Under the pieces are notes generated by a model. It was not told the origin of the DNA. It searched no databases and saw only the letters and a list, made by a program, of their open reading frames with translations. Made by a program: the position numbers and the translations under genes. From Eubacteriales bacterium (GTDB taxonomy: Bacteria; Bacillota; Clostridia; Oscillospirales; QAKW01), in the NCBI GenBank assembly GCA_045546995.1, contig JAZQDW010000008.1:131253-195252 (forward strand): a DNA stretch of 64,000 bases, read 5' to 3'. Below are positions 38,000 through 51,101 of the stretch, piece by piece. The first letter of the stretch is position 1, and each line of letters begins with the position of its first letter.

Positions 38000-39984
38000 T
38001 GGAAATCATCGTAGCTAAAAGTGCGGGCTTTTGCTTTGGCGTGGAACGTGCAGTAAGATTGCTGGAAAAAACCGTCGAAAAATATGATAAAGGTATTTAT
38101 ACCGTCGGACCAATCATCCATAATCCGCAAATTATTTTGAAAATGCAGAAGCGTGGTGTTCGGATTATCGATGACCCGATGGAGCTTCCGGAGGGAGGCG
38201 TTGCGGTAATCCGCGCTCACGGCATTACGAAGAGTGAGTATGATTGGCTTGCTTCTCATGCGGCTTCGGTCGTAGATACCACCTGTCCGTTTGTGGCCAA
38301 GATTCACCGCATTGTAGAAAAATCGTCAAATGAGGGTCGTATGGTTCTGATCGGTGGTGATGAATCACACCCGGAGGTTCGTGGAATCAAAAGTTTTGCG
38401 CAGGGAACGGATTGCTTTGTATTCAGAGATCTGGAAGAACTTGAAAAAATAACCAAAAAAAATGCACATTCTGCGAATTTGTTTGTTGATGTGGTTTGGC
38501 AAACGACATTTTCGATAAAAGAATTTAAAAAATGTGAAAAATTTATCAAAAAAACCTTTAAAAATCCAATAATATATGATACAATCTGTAATGCTACCGA
38601 TTTACGGCAGAGAGAATGCGGCAAATTGGCTGCTAAATGTGATGCGTTTTTTGTGGTTGGCGGCAGACAAAGTTCCAACACAAACAAACTCTTTCAAATT
38701 GCTGCGGCCGAATGTTCTCATTCTTTTTTGATTGAATCGGCGGCTGAAATACCGATCAAAACTATAAAACAATTCAAAAAGATCGGTATCACAGCCGGTG
38801 CTTCAACACCGGACTGTGTAATTGAGGAGGTAAAAGAAACAATGTCAGAAGAGACGAAAAATGTAACGGAAGTTGGCGAAATGACCTTTGCCGAAATGCT
38901 GGAGGATTCCTGCAAAACCATTACCACCGGTGAGCGCGTAAAGGTTGTTGTGGTTGGTGTAACTCCTACCGAAATCAAGGTAGAACTGGGAGCCAAGCAG
39001 TCCGGCTTCATCACCAAAGACAATTTCTCTGCCGATCCCGCTGTGGATCTGGAAGCCAGTGTCAAAGTCGGTGACGAATTTGATGCAATTGTATTGAGAG
39101 TCAGCGATGTAGAAGGTACGATCGCTCTGTCCAAAAAGAAACTGGACGCACTTGCAGGCTTTGAGAAGATCGAAACTGCAATGAATGAAAAGGAAGTTGT
39201 TGAAGGTGTTGTTACCGGCGTAAACAACGGCGGTCTGACAGTTTCTGTTTATGGTGTTCGCGTGTTTGTACCCATGTCTCAAACCGCTAAGCCCCGTGAT
39301 TTTGACTTCGAGACCATGCTGAAAACTGAGGTTAAACTGAATATCATCGAGTTTTCCACCGTTCGCGGCCGTAAGAAGATCATTGGTTCGTTGAAGGCTG
39401 TTGCCAACGCTGAGAGAAAACAGGCTCAGGAGGCTTTCTGGGCAAACGCTGAGGTTGGTCAGAAGTTGACCGGTACCGTTCGCAGCGAAAGATCCATCAC
39501 CAATTTCGGCGTATTTGTTGATATTGGCGGTGTTGACGGTTTGGTTCATATTACTGAGCTGAGCTGGAAAAAGATCAAACATCCCAGCGAGGTCGTTAAG
39601 GTTGGCGATACTTTGGAAGTTTACATCAAAGAGCTGGACGTAGAGAACAAGAAAGTTTCTCTCGGCTATAAGAAGGATGAGGATAACCCCTTCAAGCTCT
39701 TTACTGACAAGTATAATGTCGGTGACGTTGTTACTGTTAAAATCGTTAATTTGATGCCTTTCGGCGCTTTTGCAAACATCGTTGACGGTGTGGATGGCCT
39801 GATTCATATTTCCCAGTTGTCCGATAAGCGTATTGCAAAGCCTGCCGATGCTGTTAAAGTCGGTGATGAGGTTGACGTCAAGATCGTAGAGATCGATACC
39901 GAAAAGCAGAAGGTTGGCCTTTCCATCCGTGCTTTGCTGGAAGACAACGGTGACGTTGCGGACGCAGAAGCAGATGCTGAATAA
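37999..39984 (+). CDS. ispH: Bifunctional 4-hydroxy-3-methylbut-2-enyl diphosphate reductase (IspH) / ribosomal protein S1 fusion
   Basis: The N-terminal ~285 aa are IspH (AKSAGFCFGVERA, TCPFV, SSNTNKL). The C-terminal part carries four S1 domains (e.g. FGVFVDIGGVDGLVHITELS). This fusion is known in Clostridia. Confidence 0.92.
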   Translation: MEIIVAKSAGFCFGVERAVRLLEKTVEKYDKGIYTVGPIIHNPQIILKMQKRGVRIIDDPMELPEGGVAVIRAHGITKSEYDWLASHAASVVDTTCPFVAKIHRIVEKSSNEGRMVLIGGDESHPEVRGIKSFAQGTDCFVFRDLEELEKITKKNAHSANLFVDVVWQTTFSIKEFKKCEKFIKKTFKNPIIYDTICNATDLRQRECGKLAAKCDAFFVVGGRQSSNTNKLFQIAAAECSHSFLIESAAEIPIKTIKQFKKIGITAGASTPDCVIEEVKETMSEETKNVTEVGEMTFAEMLEDSCKTITTGERVKVVVVGVTPTEIKVELGAKQSGFITKDNFSADPAVDLEASVKVGDEFDAIVLRVSDVEGTIALSKKKLDALAGFEKIETAMNEKEVVEGVVTGVNNGGLTVSVYGVRVFVPMSQTAKPRDFDFETMLKTEVKLNIIEFSTVRGRKKIIGSLKAVANAERKQAQEAFWANAEVGQKLTGTVRSERSITNFGVFVDIGGVDGLVHITELSWKKIKHPSEVVKVGDTLEVYIKELDVENKKVSLGYKKDEDNPFKLFTDKYNVGDVVTVKIVNLMPFGAFANIVDGVDGLIHISQLSDKRIAKPADAVKVGDEVDVKIVEIDTEKQKVGLSIRALLEDNGDVADAEADAE

Positions 39985-39996
39985 TCTTTAATATTT

Positions 39997-40028
39997 TAAA
40001 AAAACGGTGCCGTACGGCACCGTTTTTT
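39997..40028 (+). terminator. Intrinsic terminator after ispH/rpsA
   Basis: AAAAAAA, stem CGGTGCCG / CGGCACCG, then TTTTTT. Confidence 0.85.
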
Positions 40029-40064
40029 GTATTAAAATTAATTGAACATAATATTTCAAAAATC

Positions 40065-40093
40065 TTGATATTATAATATAATAATGCTATAAT
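40065..40093 (+). promoter_or_regulatory. sigma-A promoter for recJ-relA
   Basis: TTGATA, 17-nt spacer, extended -10 TGcTATAAT. Confidence 0.6.
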
Positions 40094-40125
40094 AATATAT
40101 TATATTGTCGAAAGGAGAGATACCC

Positions 40126-42171
40126 GTGGCTGTTAAAAATTGGCTGATGCCCCAACAACATTCAACCCGCGCGCAAAAACTTGCACGCCACTACGATATC
40201 CCTCTGTTTTTGGCGAACATTTTGATTGATCGCGGATTTGATGATTATGATAAAATCGACCGCTGTTTTCATCCTTCGTCTTTGGAGCAACACGATCCGT
40301 TTTTGATGAAAGGAATGAAGGAGGCGGTTGAGCGTATAAATCGCGCCGTTGAAGCGGCCGAAACGGTTACGATATACGGCGATTATGATGTTGACGGCAT
40401 CACCTCTGTCAGCTTGCTGTATTTGTATTTGACGTCCAAAGGGCTGAAGGTGCATTACTATATTCCTGATCGGATCAGCGAGGGATATGGTGTAAACTGT
40501 GGCGCGATTGACCGTATTGCTCAAAACGGCAGCACTTTGATTATTTCGGTCGACACCGGTATTACGGCGTATGACGAGGTTGAATACGCTAAAACCATCG
40601 GAATTGATTTCGTAATTACAGACCATCACGAATGTTCCGGCAGGATCCCCGATGCGGCGGCAGTTTGTAATCCTAAACGTCCGGATTGTACTTATCCTTT
40701 CCGTTCTCTTGCCGGTGTAGGTGTTGTGTTTAAATTGATTTCTGCGCTCCATTATCCACAGCCGCAGGAGATTTTGGTTGAAAAATATCTAGACCTGGTT
40801 GCGCTGGGCACCATTTCAGACGTGATGCCTGTAGTTGACGAGAATCGGTATATAGTACAGCAGGGTCTGCGCGTTCTGTCTGCCAATCGTCGCGGATTGT
40901 ATGCCTTGATGCAATTGGCCGGTATACGTAATATTGAACAGCTTTCCGTTTTCGACGTAAGCTTTTTGATTGCTCCCCGTATCAATGCTGCGGGGCGGAT
41001 CGGCGATTCGTTGAGAGCTGTTGATCTTTTGATCTCGAATGACCCGATCGTTTGGAAAAACACGGCTGAATACTTATGCGATTTAAATAATAAGCGTCAG
41101 CAAATTGAGGCAAACATATTTGAGGAAGCGGATAAAATTATTCGTGAAAAGAAATTATATCGCGATCAAAGCGCTTTAATCTTGTGGAAAGAGGGATGGC
41201 ATCACGGTGTGATCGGCATCGTTGCTTCCCGCATTAAAGAGAAGTATGGGCTTCCAACGATTTTGTTTGCTGTTTCGGAGGATAAGGCAAAAGGGTCCGG
41301 CAGAAGTATGGAGCCGTTGAATTTATATCAGGCGTTGGGGCAATTGAAGGACGTAGATTTTCGTTTCGGTGGCCATGCGATGGCCGCCGGCATTACGATG
41401 CCGACAGGGGAGCTGCATCGCTTTAAAGAACAGTTTTGCGCCTTTGCGAAAAAACAGATCGAAAATACTCCGTACGTAAACTCGATCAAGATCGATGCAC
41501 AACTGTTTGAGCACGATTTTTCTCTGGATGCATTCCGGAAGATTTCTTTGCTTGAGCCGTTTGGAACGGAAAATGAGGTTCCGCTGTTATACGTTAAAAA
41601 TGCAATCATTCGTGATTTGAAGCCGATCGGTAATCAACGTCATATGCGTCTCGTGTTTCAAATCGGCTCAAAACGTGTGAACGCCGTTTATTTCGGTATG
41701 CGTCCAGAGTGTTTTGCCATTGAGGCGCAAAGCTGTGTTGACGTTATTTTTCAGGCTTCTGTTAACGAATTTCGAGGCAAGAGCGAGATTCAAATGATCG
41801 TAAAGGGGATCCGCCCCTACGATCAAAAATATGATCGTATTATGAAAAGCATTCAAAAGGCTATCGGTGGGGAAATCGAGCCCCGTTATTATCCCAACCG
41901 CAAGATCGTTGCAAACGTGTACCGTTTTTGTCAAAAATGCGTGCGTCTTGGTCTTACGCTGTTGGAGATGGCAGATTTACCGGTGCTGATGAAGAAAAAC
42001 GGTCTGGGGTATTATGATGTCCAGAGCATTTTACCGGCGCTTGCCATTTTGGATGAGATCGGTGTAATTCAATATATTGCGGTGGATCAGCAAATTATGG
42101 TGCTTTCATTTGACGATTCACATAAGGTTTCTTTAGAACAATCGGCTTTGTATCGCAAGATGCACGGCTGA
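40126..42171 (+). CDS. recJ: Single-stranded-DNA-specific exonuclease RecJ
   Basis: DHH-family motifs (YGDYDVDGITS, SVDTG, ITDHHE) and DHHA1 (GGHAMAAG). I prefer the GTG start at 40126, 6 nt after AAGGAGAG; the ORF-track start is 40105. Confidence 0.92.
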   Translation: MAVKNWLMPQQHSTRAQKLARHYDIPLFLANILIDRGFDDYDKIDRCFHPSSLEQHDPFLMKGMKEAVERINRAVEAAETVTIYGDYDVDGITSVSLLYLYLTSKGLKVHYYIPDRISEGYGVNCGAIDRIAQNGSTLIISVDTGITAYDEVEYAKTIGIDFVITDHHECSGRIPDAAAVCNPKRPDCTYPFRSLAGVGVVFKLISALHYPQPQEILVEKYLDLVALGTISDVMPVVDENRYIVQQGLRVLSANRRGLYALMQLAGIRNIEQLSVFDVSFLIAPRINAAGRIGDSLRAVDLLISNDPIVWKNTAEYLCDLNNKRQQIEANIFEEADKIIREKKLYRDQSALILWKEGWHHGVIGIVASRIKEKYGLPTILFAVSEDKAKGSGRSMEPLNLYQALGQLKDVDFRFGGHAMAAGITMPTGELHRFKEQFCAFAKKQIENTPYVNSIKIDAQLFEHDFSLDAFRKISLLEPFGTENEVPLLYVKNAIIRDLKPIGNQRHMRLVFQIGSKRVNAVYFGMRPECFAIEAQSCVDVIFQASVNEFRGKSEIQMIVKGIRPYDQKYDRIMKSIQKAIGGEIEPRYYPNRKIVANVYRFCQKCVRLGLTLLEMADLPVLMKKNGLGYYDVQSILPALAILDEIGVIQYIAVDQQIMVLSFDDSHKVSLEQSALYRKMHG

Positions 42172-42182
42172 GGGAGGAGCAT

Positions 42183-44348
42183 ATGGATATAGTCCATAGT
42201 TTATATCAACAACTTTGTGACCGTCTTCGCGGAGACGGCAGGTCTTACGATTTTGATAAAATTGAAAAGGCGTTTTTGTTTGCCAAGGATCATCACGGTG
42301 ATCAGCGTCGTACCTCCGGTGAGCCGTATATCTGCCATCCGTTAAACGTTGCGCTGATCACGCACGAGTTGGGTCTGGATGGGGATTCCGTCATTGCGGC
42401 CTTGTTACACGACACGATTGAAGACACGGACGTTACCTTTGAAGGGGTTAAGGAAATGTTTGGTCGCTCGGTTGCTGAGCTGGTGGATGGTGTTACAAAA
42501 ATCGGCAAGATCCCGTATTCTTCTAAAGAGGAAGAGCAGATTGAGTACTTGCGTAAAATGTTTTTTGCAATGGCTAAAGATTTGCGGGTTATTATTATTA
42601 AGCTTGCTGACCGTTTACACAACGTACGCACGTTGGGGGCCGTTCCGTCTGCAAAGCAGTTGCGTGTTGCGTTGGAGACCATGGAGATATATGCGCCGCT
42701 TGCTCATCGCCTTGGTATGCAAAAGATCAAAACGGAGTTGGAGGACACCTGTCTTTCCTATCTGGATCCTGTTGGATACAAGATGATCGTCGATCGACTG
42801 GAAAGTTTTGCAAACACAGACGGTAACTTTTTTGATCAAACGCTGGAGATCATTTCGGCAAAGCTGAAGGAATATGACATCAAATTTCATCTGGAGTATC
42901 GTGTAAAACATATCTTCAGCATTTATCGGAAATTGTTTACGCAAAACAAGGCGTTTGAAGAGATTTTTGACGTATATGCTTTCCGTGTAATCGTTGACAC
43001 CGCTAATGATTGTTATTTTGTACTTGGATTGATTCACGATATTTTTAATCCGATTCCCGGACGGTTTAAGGACTATATTTCAACACCCAAGCAAAATATG
43101 TATCAGTCACTTCATACCACTGTGATCGGAAGAAAGGGAATTCCCTTTGAGGTGCAAATCAGAACTTGGGATATGCACAACACCGCCGAATACGGTATTG
43201 CGGCCCACTGGAAATATAAGAGCGGTGTCCGTAGCAGCTCGGAAGCGGTGGATTCCAAATTGCACTGGATTCGTTCTCTGCTTGAGTCCAATGAGGTTGG
43301 CGATACGGAGGATTTTATTTCGGGCTTGAAGGTTGATTTGTTTTCCGAGGACGTATTTGTTTTTACACCCAAGGGTGACGTGGTTGACCTTCCGTTGGGC
43401 GCTAATCTGATCGATTTTGCATATTCGATCCATTCGGCTGTTGGTAACAAAATGATTGGCGCTAAGGTAAACGGCAAGATCGTTCCCTTTGACTATAAAC
43501 TCAGCACCGGTGAGATCGTTGAGATTTTGACCACCTCATCTACCAATCATGCGCCTTCCAGAAACTGGATGAAGATTGCAACCACCAGTGAGGCGCGTAA
43601 CAAAATTCGACAATACTTTAAAAAGGAATGCCGCGAAGAAAATATTCAGACCGGTAAGGAAGAACTGGAAAAAGAACTGCGCGAGCTTGGAATTCGCTTG
43701 GAAACGGAAGATAAGATGAAAATTCTTGCTTTGGTTTGTGAGCGTATGCATTATAATCACGTGGACGATTTGTACAGCGCGATCGGATACGGCGGTACAA
43801 CTGCATTTAAAGTGGCAAATAAAATTAAGGATATTGCCATGAAAATGCAAAAGGCCAAGGAGATCAACATCATTCCGGTCAGCAAACGAAAAACTGCTTC
43901 GGGCGGCGTGGTTGTGGAAGGCGTTGATAATTGCCTGGTTAAATTTGCAAAGTGCTGTTCGCCGCTTCCGGGTGACTACATTTGCGGTTTTATTACCAAG
44001 GGATTTGGCGTTTCCATTCATAAGGTGGATTGCCCCAACGCCAAAAAAGGTATGGAAACCGCGCCCGAACGTTGGTTGAAGGCGCATTGGGATGAAACGA
44101 CACCTGCAGCGTTTACTGCCAATATTCGCATTGAGACGGTTGAAAGTATTGGTGTTATGGCGGCGGTTGCATCCGCTATGGCTGAAATGAAAGTTTCGAT
44201 TCATTCTGTCAGCGCTAAGCAACATCGCACCGAAAAGGATCACGCCATCATTTCTATGTCTTTTGAAGTGAGGGATATTCAACACCTGAACGCCATCATA
44301 GCAAAACTGGAAAAACTGCGTGACGTTATTGAAGTTTCGAGAATATAA
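42183..44348 (+). CDS. relA: Bifunctional (p)ppGpp synthetase/hydrolase RelA/SpoT (Rel)
   Basis: HD hydrolase (LLHDTIEDT), a synthetase domain (YRSLHTTV-like: YQSLHTTVIG), and TGS and ACT domains. 721 aa. Confidence 0.95.
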   Translation: MDIVHSLYQQLCDRLRGDGRSYDFDKIEKAFLFAKDHHGDQRRTSGEPYICHPLNVALITHELGLDGDSVIAALLHDTIEDTDVTFEGVKEMFGRSVAELVDGVTKIGKIPYSSKEEEQIEYLRKMFFAMAKDLRVIIIKLADRLHNVRTLGAVPSAKQLRVALETMEIYAPLAHRLGMQKIKTELEDTCLSYLDPVGYKMIVDRLESFANTDGNFFDQTLEIISAKLKEYDIKFHLEYRVKHIFSIYRKLFTQNKAFEEIFDVYAFRVIVDTANDCYFVLGLIHDIFNPIPGRFKDYISTPKQNMYQSLHTTVIGRKGIPFEVQIRTWDMHNTAEYGIAAHWKYKSGVRSSSEAVDSKLHWIRSLLESNEVGDTEDFISGLKVDLFSEDVFVFTPKGDVVDLPLGANLIDFAYSIHSAVGNKMIGAKVNGKIVPFDYKLSTGEIVEILTTSSTNHAPSRNWMKIATTSEARNKIRQYFKKECREENIQTGKEELEKELRELGIRLETEDKMKILALVCERMHYNHVDDLYSAIGYGGTTAFKVANKIKDIAMKMQKAKEINIIPVSKRKTASGGVVVEGVDNCLVKFAKCCSPLPGDYICGFITKGFGVSIHKVDCPNAKKGMETAPERWLKAHWDETTPAAFTANIRIETVESIGVMAAVASAMAEMKVSIHSVSAKQHRTEKDHAIISMSFEVRDIQHLNAIIAKLEKLRDVIEVSRI

Positions 44349-44936
44349 ATGATGAACGTACAAACTATAACAACTGACTTTTTTGATTCCAATATTTACC
44401 TGTTCTCAAGAAACGGGAAACGGTTTTTGGTGGACTGCGGCGGCACGCCGGAGAATATGAAGCAAATGCTGGAGCAGCTGTCGTTTTGGCCGGATTACGT
44501 GTTGCTGACACATGGGCATATCGATCATGTTTTAAGTTTGAGCCTTTTTGCAGACGGTGTCACTGTGATCATCCATCCGGAGGATGCAAAGTATTTGACG
44601 GATCCCTCCTTCAATCTTTCCGGTATGCTGTTGGGTCGGAAGATGACCTTTGATGTTCCGGTAGGTGACGGTGGTTTTTTGTGGGAGGATTTTGGGATTC
44701 GGATGATTCACACGCCGGGACATTCACCGGGATCGGTTTGCTATCTGATTGATGATTGTTTGTTCTCGGGTGACACCTTGTTCTGCGGTGGCATTGGAAA
44801 CACATCTTTTCCCGGCGGCGATTACGAGCTTGAAATTTGCTCCGTAAGGCGTTTGCTTGCCTTGGACGGAAATATTACGCTTTATCCTGGCCATGGACCG
44901 AGCGGCAGTATTTCAGCCGAGAAAAATATGTTTTGA
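44349..44936 (+). CDS. MBL-fold metallo-hydrolase
   Basis: THGHIDH motif and HTPGHSPGS. 195 aa. Confidence 0.85.
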   Translation: MMNVQTITTDFFDSNIYLFSRNGKRFLVDCGGTPENMKQMLEQLSFWPDYVLLTHGHIDHVLSLSLFADGVTVIIHPEDAKYLTDPSFNLSGMLLGRKMTFDVPVGDGGFLWEDFGIRMIHTPGHSPGSVCYLIDDCLFSGDTLFCGGIGNTSFPGGDYELEICSVRRLLALDGNITLYPGHGPSGSISAEKNMF

Positions 44937-44948
44937 TCGGGAGTTTAT

Positions 44949-46397
44949 ATGGCGAATATATATGTACGTGCTTCCGGACATCAAAAGGTATTCGACGTAA
45001 TCAACGTAGCCCTTTTGTTTTGGCCGGGGAGTCGCATTTTTGAACAAAAAGATTTGACTTGCAATATTTTGATTCATTCAAGCCTTGTTGAAAAGGACGG
45101 GCGCCATACAGCGATGGCTGTCGTTCGTTTCAACGGCCGCCGTTTTTTCTGCCAAAGAACGTATCGGACTGATGAGCATCTTCGTTTTATTAAGCTCACG
45201 TTGTTTTTTGCTTGTCAAAAGGCAACGGGCATTTGCCCGCCCTGGGGCATTTTGACCGGCATTCGTCCGATGAGTGTTTACGAAAAACTGGAGAAGGCGA
45301 ATCCGGGAACAGCAAGTGACGTTTTACGTCGTGATTATTTGGTTTCCGATGAAAAGTGTAATGCGTTGGACGCAATTTATGATTTTCGTAAAAGTGTGTA
45401 TTACGATGGCGTGCGGGAGCAGGTTTCGCTGTACGTATCTATTCCGTTTTGTCCGTCAAAGTGCACGTATTGTTCCTTTGTCAGCGCTTCGGTTGAACGT
45501 GTCAAAAAGCTTGTTGAACCATATCTCGAATTATTATTACAGGAAATCGAACAGAAAATCGATCTGATTTATCATTTCCAAAAAGAGATCGCCACCGTTT
45601 ACGTGGGTGGCGGTACACCCGGTATTTTAAGCGCAGAGCAGATCGATCGATTGCTTGGGATGATTTTTTCTAAACTGAAAGCGCCTTTGCGTGAATTTTG
45701 CTTTGAAATCGGACGCCCGGAAATGGTAACGGCGGATAAGTTAGCTGTGCTTAGAAAGTATCCGGTGGACCGTTTGTGCATCAATTGCCAGACGTTGGAT
45801 GATGCCGTTTTACAATCGGTGAACAGGCGACATACAGCGCAGGATTTTATTGACGCTTGCGAGCTTGCTTTTTCATATGGTTTTAATTGCATTAACGTTG
45901 ATTTAATTGCGGGCCTGCCCGGAGAGGACGTGGACGGTCATATTTCTTCTTTGAACAGAGTGATCGAGTTGGGTGTTCAGAACATTACCATTCACTCTCT
46001 TTCCATTAAAAAGGCAAGCACCTGGCAACAAACCGATACTTTGTATGATCCGAGGGCAGACAGAGTTTCTCGGATGCTGTCGCAAGGTTATTCGATATTG
46101 AGCGCGGCGCAGTACAAGCCCTACTATATTTACCGTCAAAAGAGCACGCTTTCCAACGGTGAAAACATCGGCTATTCCGTTGACGGATTTATAGGAAAAT
46201 ATAACATTTATATGATGGAGGACGTTCACAGCGTATTTGGCTGTGGCGCGGGTGCCTCCACTAAGATCATTCACAACAATATCGGCCGAATCGACCGTTT
46301 TGTAAATACCAAATACCCACAGGAGTATTTGAAATTTCCGCAAAAGCTGAATGAGCAGCTTGCGCAAATATTTGAAAATTTGGAAGGGAACAGATAG
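44949..46397 (+). CDS. Radical SAM protein, HemN/HemZ-like (oxygen-independent coproporphyrinogen-III oxidase family)
   Basis: CPSKCTYCSF (CX3CX2C) cluster motif about 165 aa in. Its size and N-terminal extension resemble HemZ. Confidence 0.75.
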   Translation: MANIYVRASGHQKVFDVINVALLFWPGSRIFEQKDLTCNILIHSSLVEKDGRHTAMAVVRFNGRRFFCQRTYRTDEHLRFIKLTLFFACQKATGICPPWGILTGIRPMSVYEKLEKANPGTASDVLRRDYLVSDEKCNALDAIYDFRKSVYYDGVREQVSLYVSIPFCPSKCTYCSFVSASVERVKKLVEPYLELLLQEIEQKIDLIYHFQKEIATVYVGGGTPGILSAEQIDRLLGMIFSKLKAPLREFCFEIGRPEMVTADKLAVLRKYPVDRLCINCQTLDDAVLQSVNRRHTAQDFIDACELAFSYGFNCINVDLIAGLPGEDVDGHISSLNRVIELGVQNITIHSLSIKKASTWQQTDTLYDPRADRVSRMLSQGYSILSAAQYKPYYIYRQKSTLSNGENIGYSVDGFIGKYNIYMMEDVHSVFGCGAGASTKIIHNNIGRIDRFVNTKYPQEYLKFPQKLNEQLAQIFENLEGNR

Positions 46398-49827
<3,430 letters not shown>

Positions 49828-49835
49828 GTGATCTT

Positions 49836-50384
49836 TTGAAATCTGTATTTAAATTGGGCGGCACTTTGATTTTAAATCAGTTTATTGCTGATATTGCGTG
49901 TGCAATGTGCATTTTGCCTTTTCCGATGATTTTCGGTAAGGACAGTGTGACCACGTATGTTTTGTTTTTGATTTTAGATATGTTTTTCTTTTACTACATT
50001 TCATATCATAGCGCCTATAAGGTTGGATTTCATGATGTCAGCAGACATTCCTCGGAACAATATGATCGAGGTTATCTTGGCCGTGGATTGCTGGCGGCAA
50101 TTGCCGGTGCGGCGCCCAGTCTTTTGATGCTATTGGTTTATTTGATTGGACATATCGGCAATATCGTGCAGATCAAAAGTGCTTTGTACGTATTCAGAAT
50201 GTGGAATTTGTATGCATACTGGCCGCTGTCACAGTTGATTCCCAATCACGTTGTGTGGATCTGCGTAATCTGCCTGCTTACTCAAATGGTGTTTCCGTTT
50301 ATCGGTTACGTTTGCGGTTGTAAGGGCATCGTTTTCTCGCAAATCGTTAAGGACAAACTGTCCTCGCTTTCAAAACATAAATAA
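49836..50384 (+). CDS. Hypothetical polytopic membrane protein
   Basis: 182 aa with about 5 hydrophobic segments. TTG start 5 nt after AGGTGA. I recognise no family. Confidence 0.45.
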   Translation: MKSVFKLGGTLILNQFIADIACAMCILPFPMIFGKDSVTTYVLFLILDMFFFYYISYHSAYKVGFHDVSRHSSEQYDRGYLGRGLLAAIAGAAPSLLMLLVYLIGHIGNIVQIKSALYVFRMWNLYAYWPLSQLIPNHVVWICVICLLTQMVFPFIGYVCGCKGIVFSQIVKDKLSSLSKHK

Positions 50385-50419
50385 TCGTTTTGAGGAATAA
50401 ACTGTAGCGGTGATGCTAC

Positions 50420-51091
50420 ATGGATAAGGTTAACAAAAAAAAGATGCTGTTAGCGATTTTTGCGTGTATTTTGATTATTGGCTGTTTATTACTGCCGATG
50501 ACCAGACCGATGGTCAAACAGGGATTGGTCAGATACGTTATTGATGCCGGTCACGGTTTGCCGGATGGCGGCGCCGTTGCCCCTGACGGTACAACTGAGC
50601 AGGAACTGACGCTGGCAATTGCACAGGATTTGTTTTCCTGTTTTCCAAGCGGCACAGCCGTTTTGACGCGCGATGGCGCAACCGGGCTGTGGCAGGAGGA
50701 AAGCACGATCCGCGAAAAGAAGATCGTTGATATGCGAGCTCGTGTTGAACTTGTCAACCAACACAAAAATGCCACGTTGATCAGTATTCATATGAATACG
50801 TTTTCTGATGAGGATGTGTATGGCTGTCAGGTGTTTTATCGTTCGGGAGATGATGAATCACTATCTCTTGCACGGGCGATTCAAGAAAAGATCAATACAA
50901 CCTTTCAGCCGGAGAACACAAAGGTGTGTAAGCCGATTCCCGATAATTTATACCTGTTTAAAAACGTTGAAAATCCATCCGTTTTAATTGAATGCGGCTT
51001 TTTGACCAACGCGGATGATTTGAAAAATCTTAAGGATACGCAGTACCGTGATAAGTTTACAAAGGTGATTTTTAGTGTACTGCAGTCATGA
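50420..51091 (+). CDS. cwlD: N-acetylmuramoyl-L-alanine amidase (Amidase_3), CwlD-like germination-specific type
   Basis: N-terminal TM helix, then IDAGHG...GA, ISIHMN and LIECGFLTN motifs. The small size matches CwlD. Confidence 0.7.
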   Translation: MDKVNKKKMLLAIFACILIIGCLLLPMTRPMVKQGLVRYVIDAGHGLPDGGAVAPDGTTEQELTLAIAQDLFSCFPSGTAVLTRDGATGLWQEESTIREKKIVDMRARVELVNQHKNATLISIHMNTFSDEDVYGCQVFYRSGDDESLSLARAIQEKINTTFQPENTKVCKPIPDNLYLFKNVENPSVLIECGFLTNADDLKNLKDTQYRDKFTKVIFSVLQS

Positions 51092-51101
51092 GGAGATGCT
51101 T

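Noticed and set aside
38845-39807. Very long antisense ORFs opposite well-supported genes. Examples: 38845-39807 (320 aa), 61340-62233 (297 aa), 48418-49266 (282 aa), 43536-44363 (275 aa), 37546-38307 (253 aa), 15457-16164 (235 aa).
   Set aside because: Each lies entirely inside, and antisense to, a gene with unmistakable conserved motifs (rpsA domains, asd, gatB, relA, plsC/ispH, cdsA). Their translations are low-complexity, rich in R/N/F/I/C, and have no recognisable motifs or RBS. They are shadow ORFs.
37999-39984. The IspH-ribosomal protein S1 fusion, considered as a possible novel gene fusion or a missed stop codon.
   Set aside because: This bifunctional fusion is a known, widespread feature of Clostridia. 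The frame is continuous with a natural linker, and there is no sign of a frameshift.
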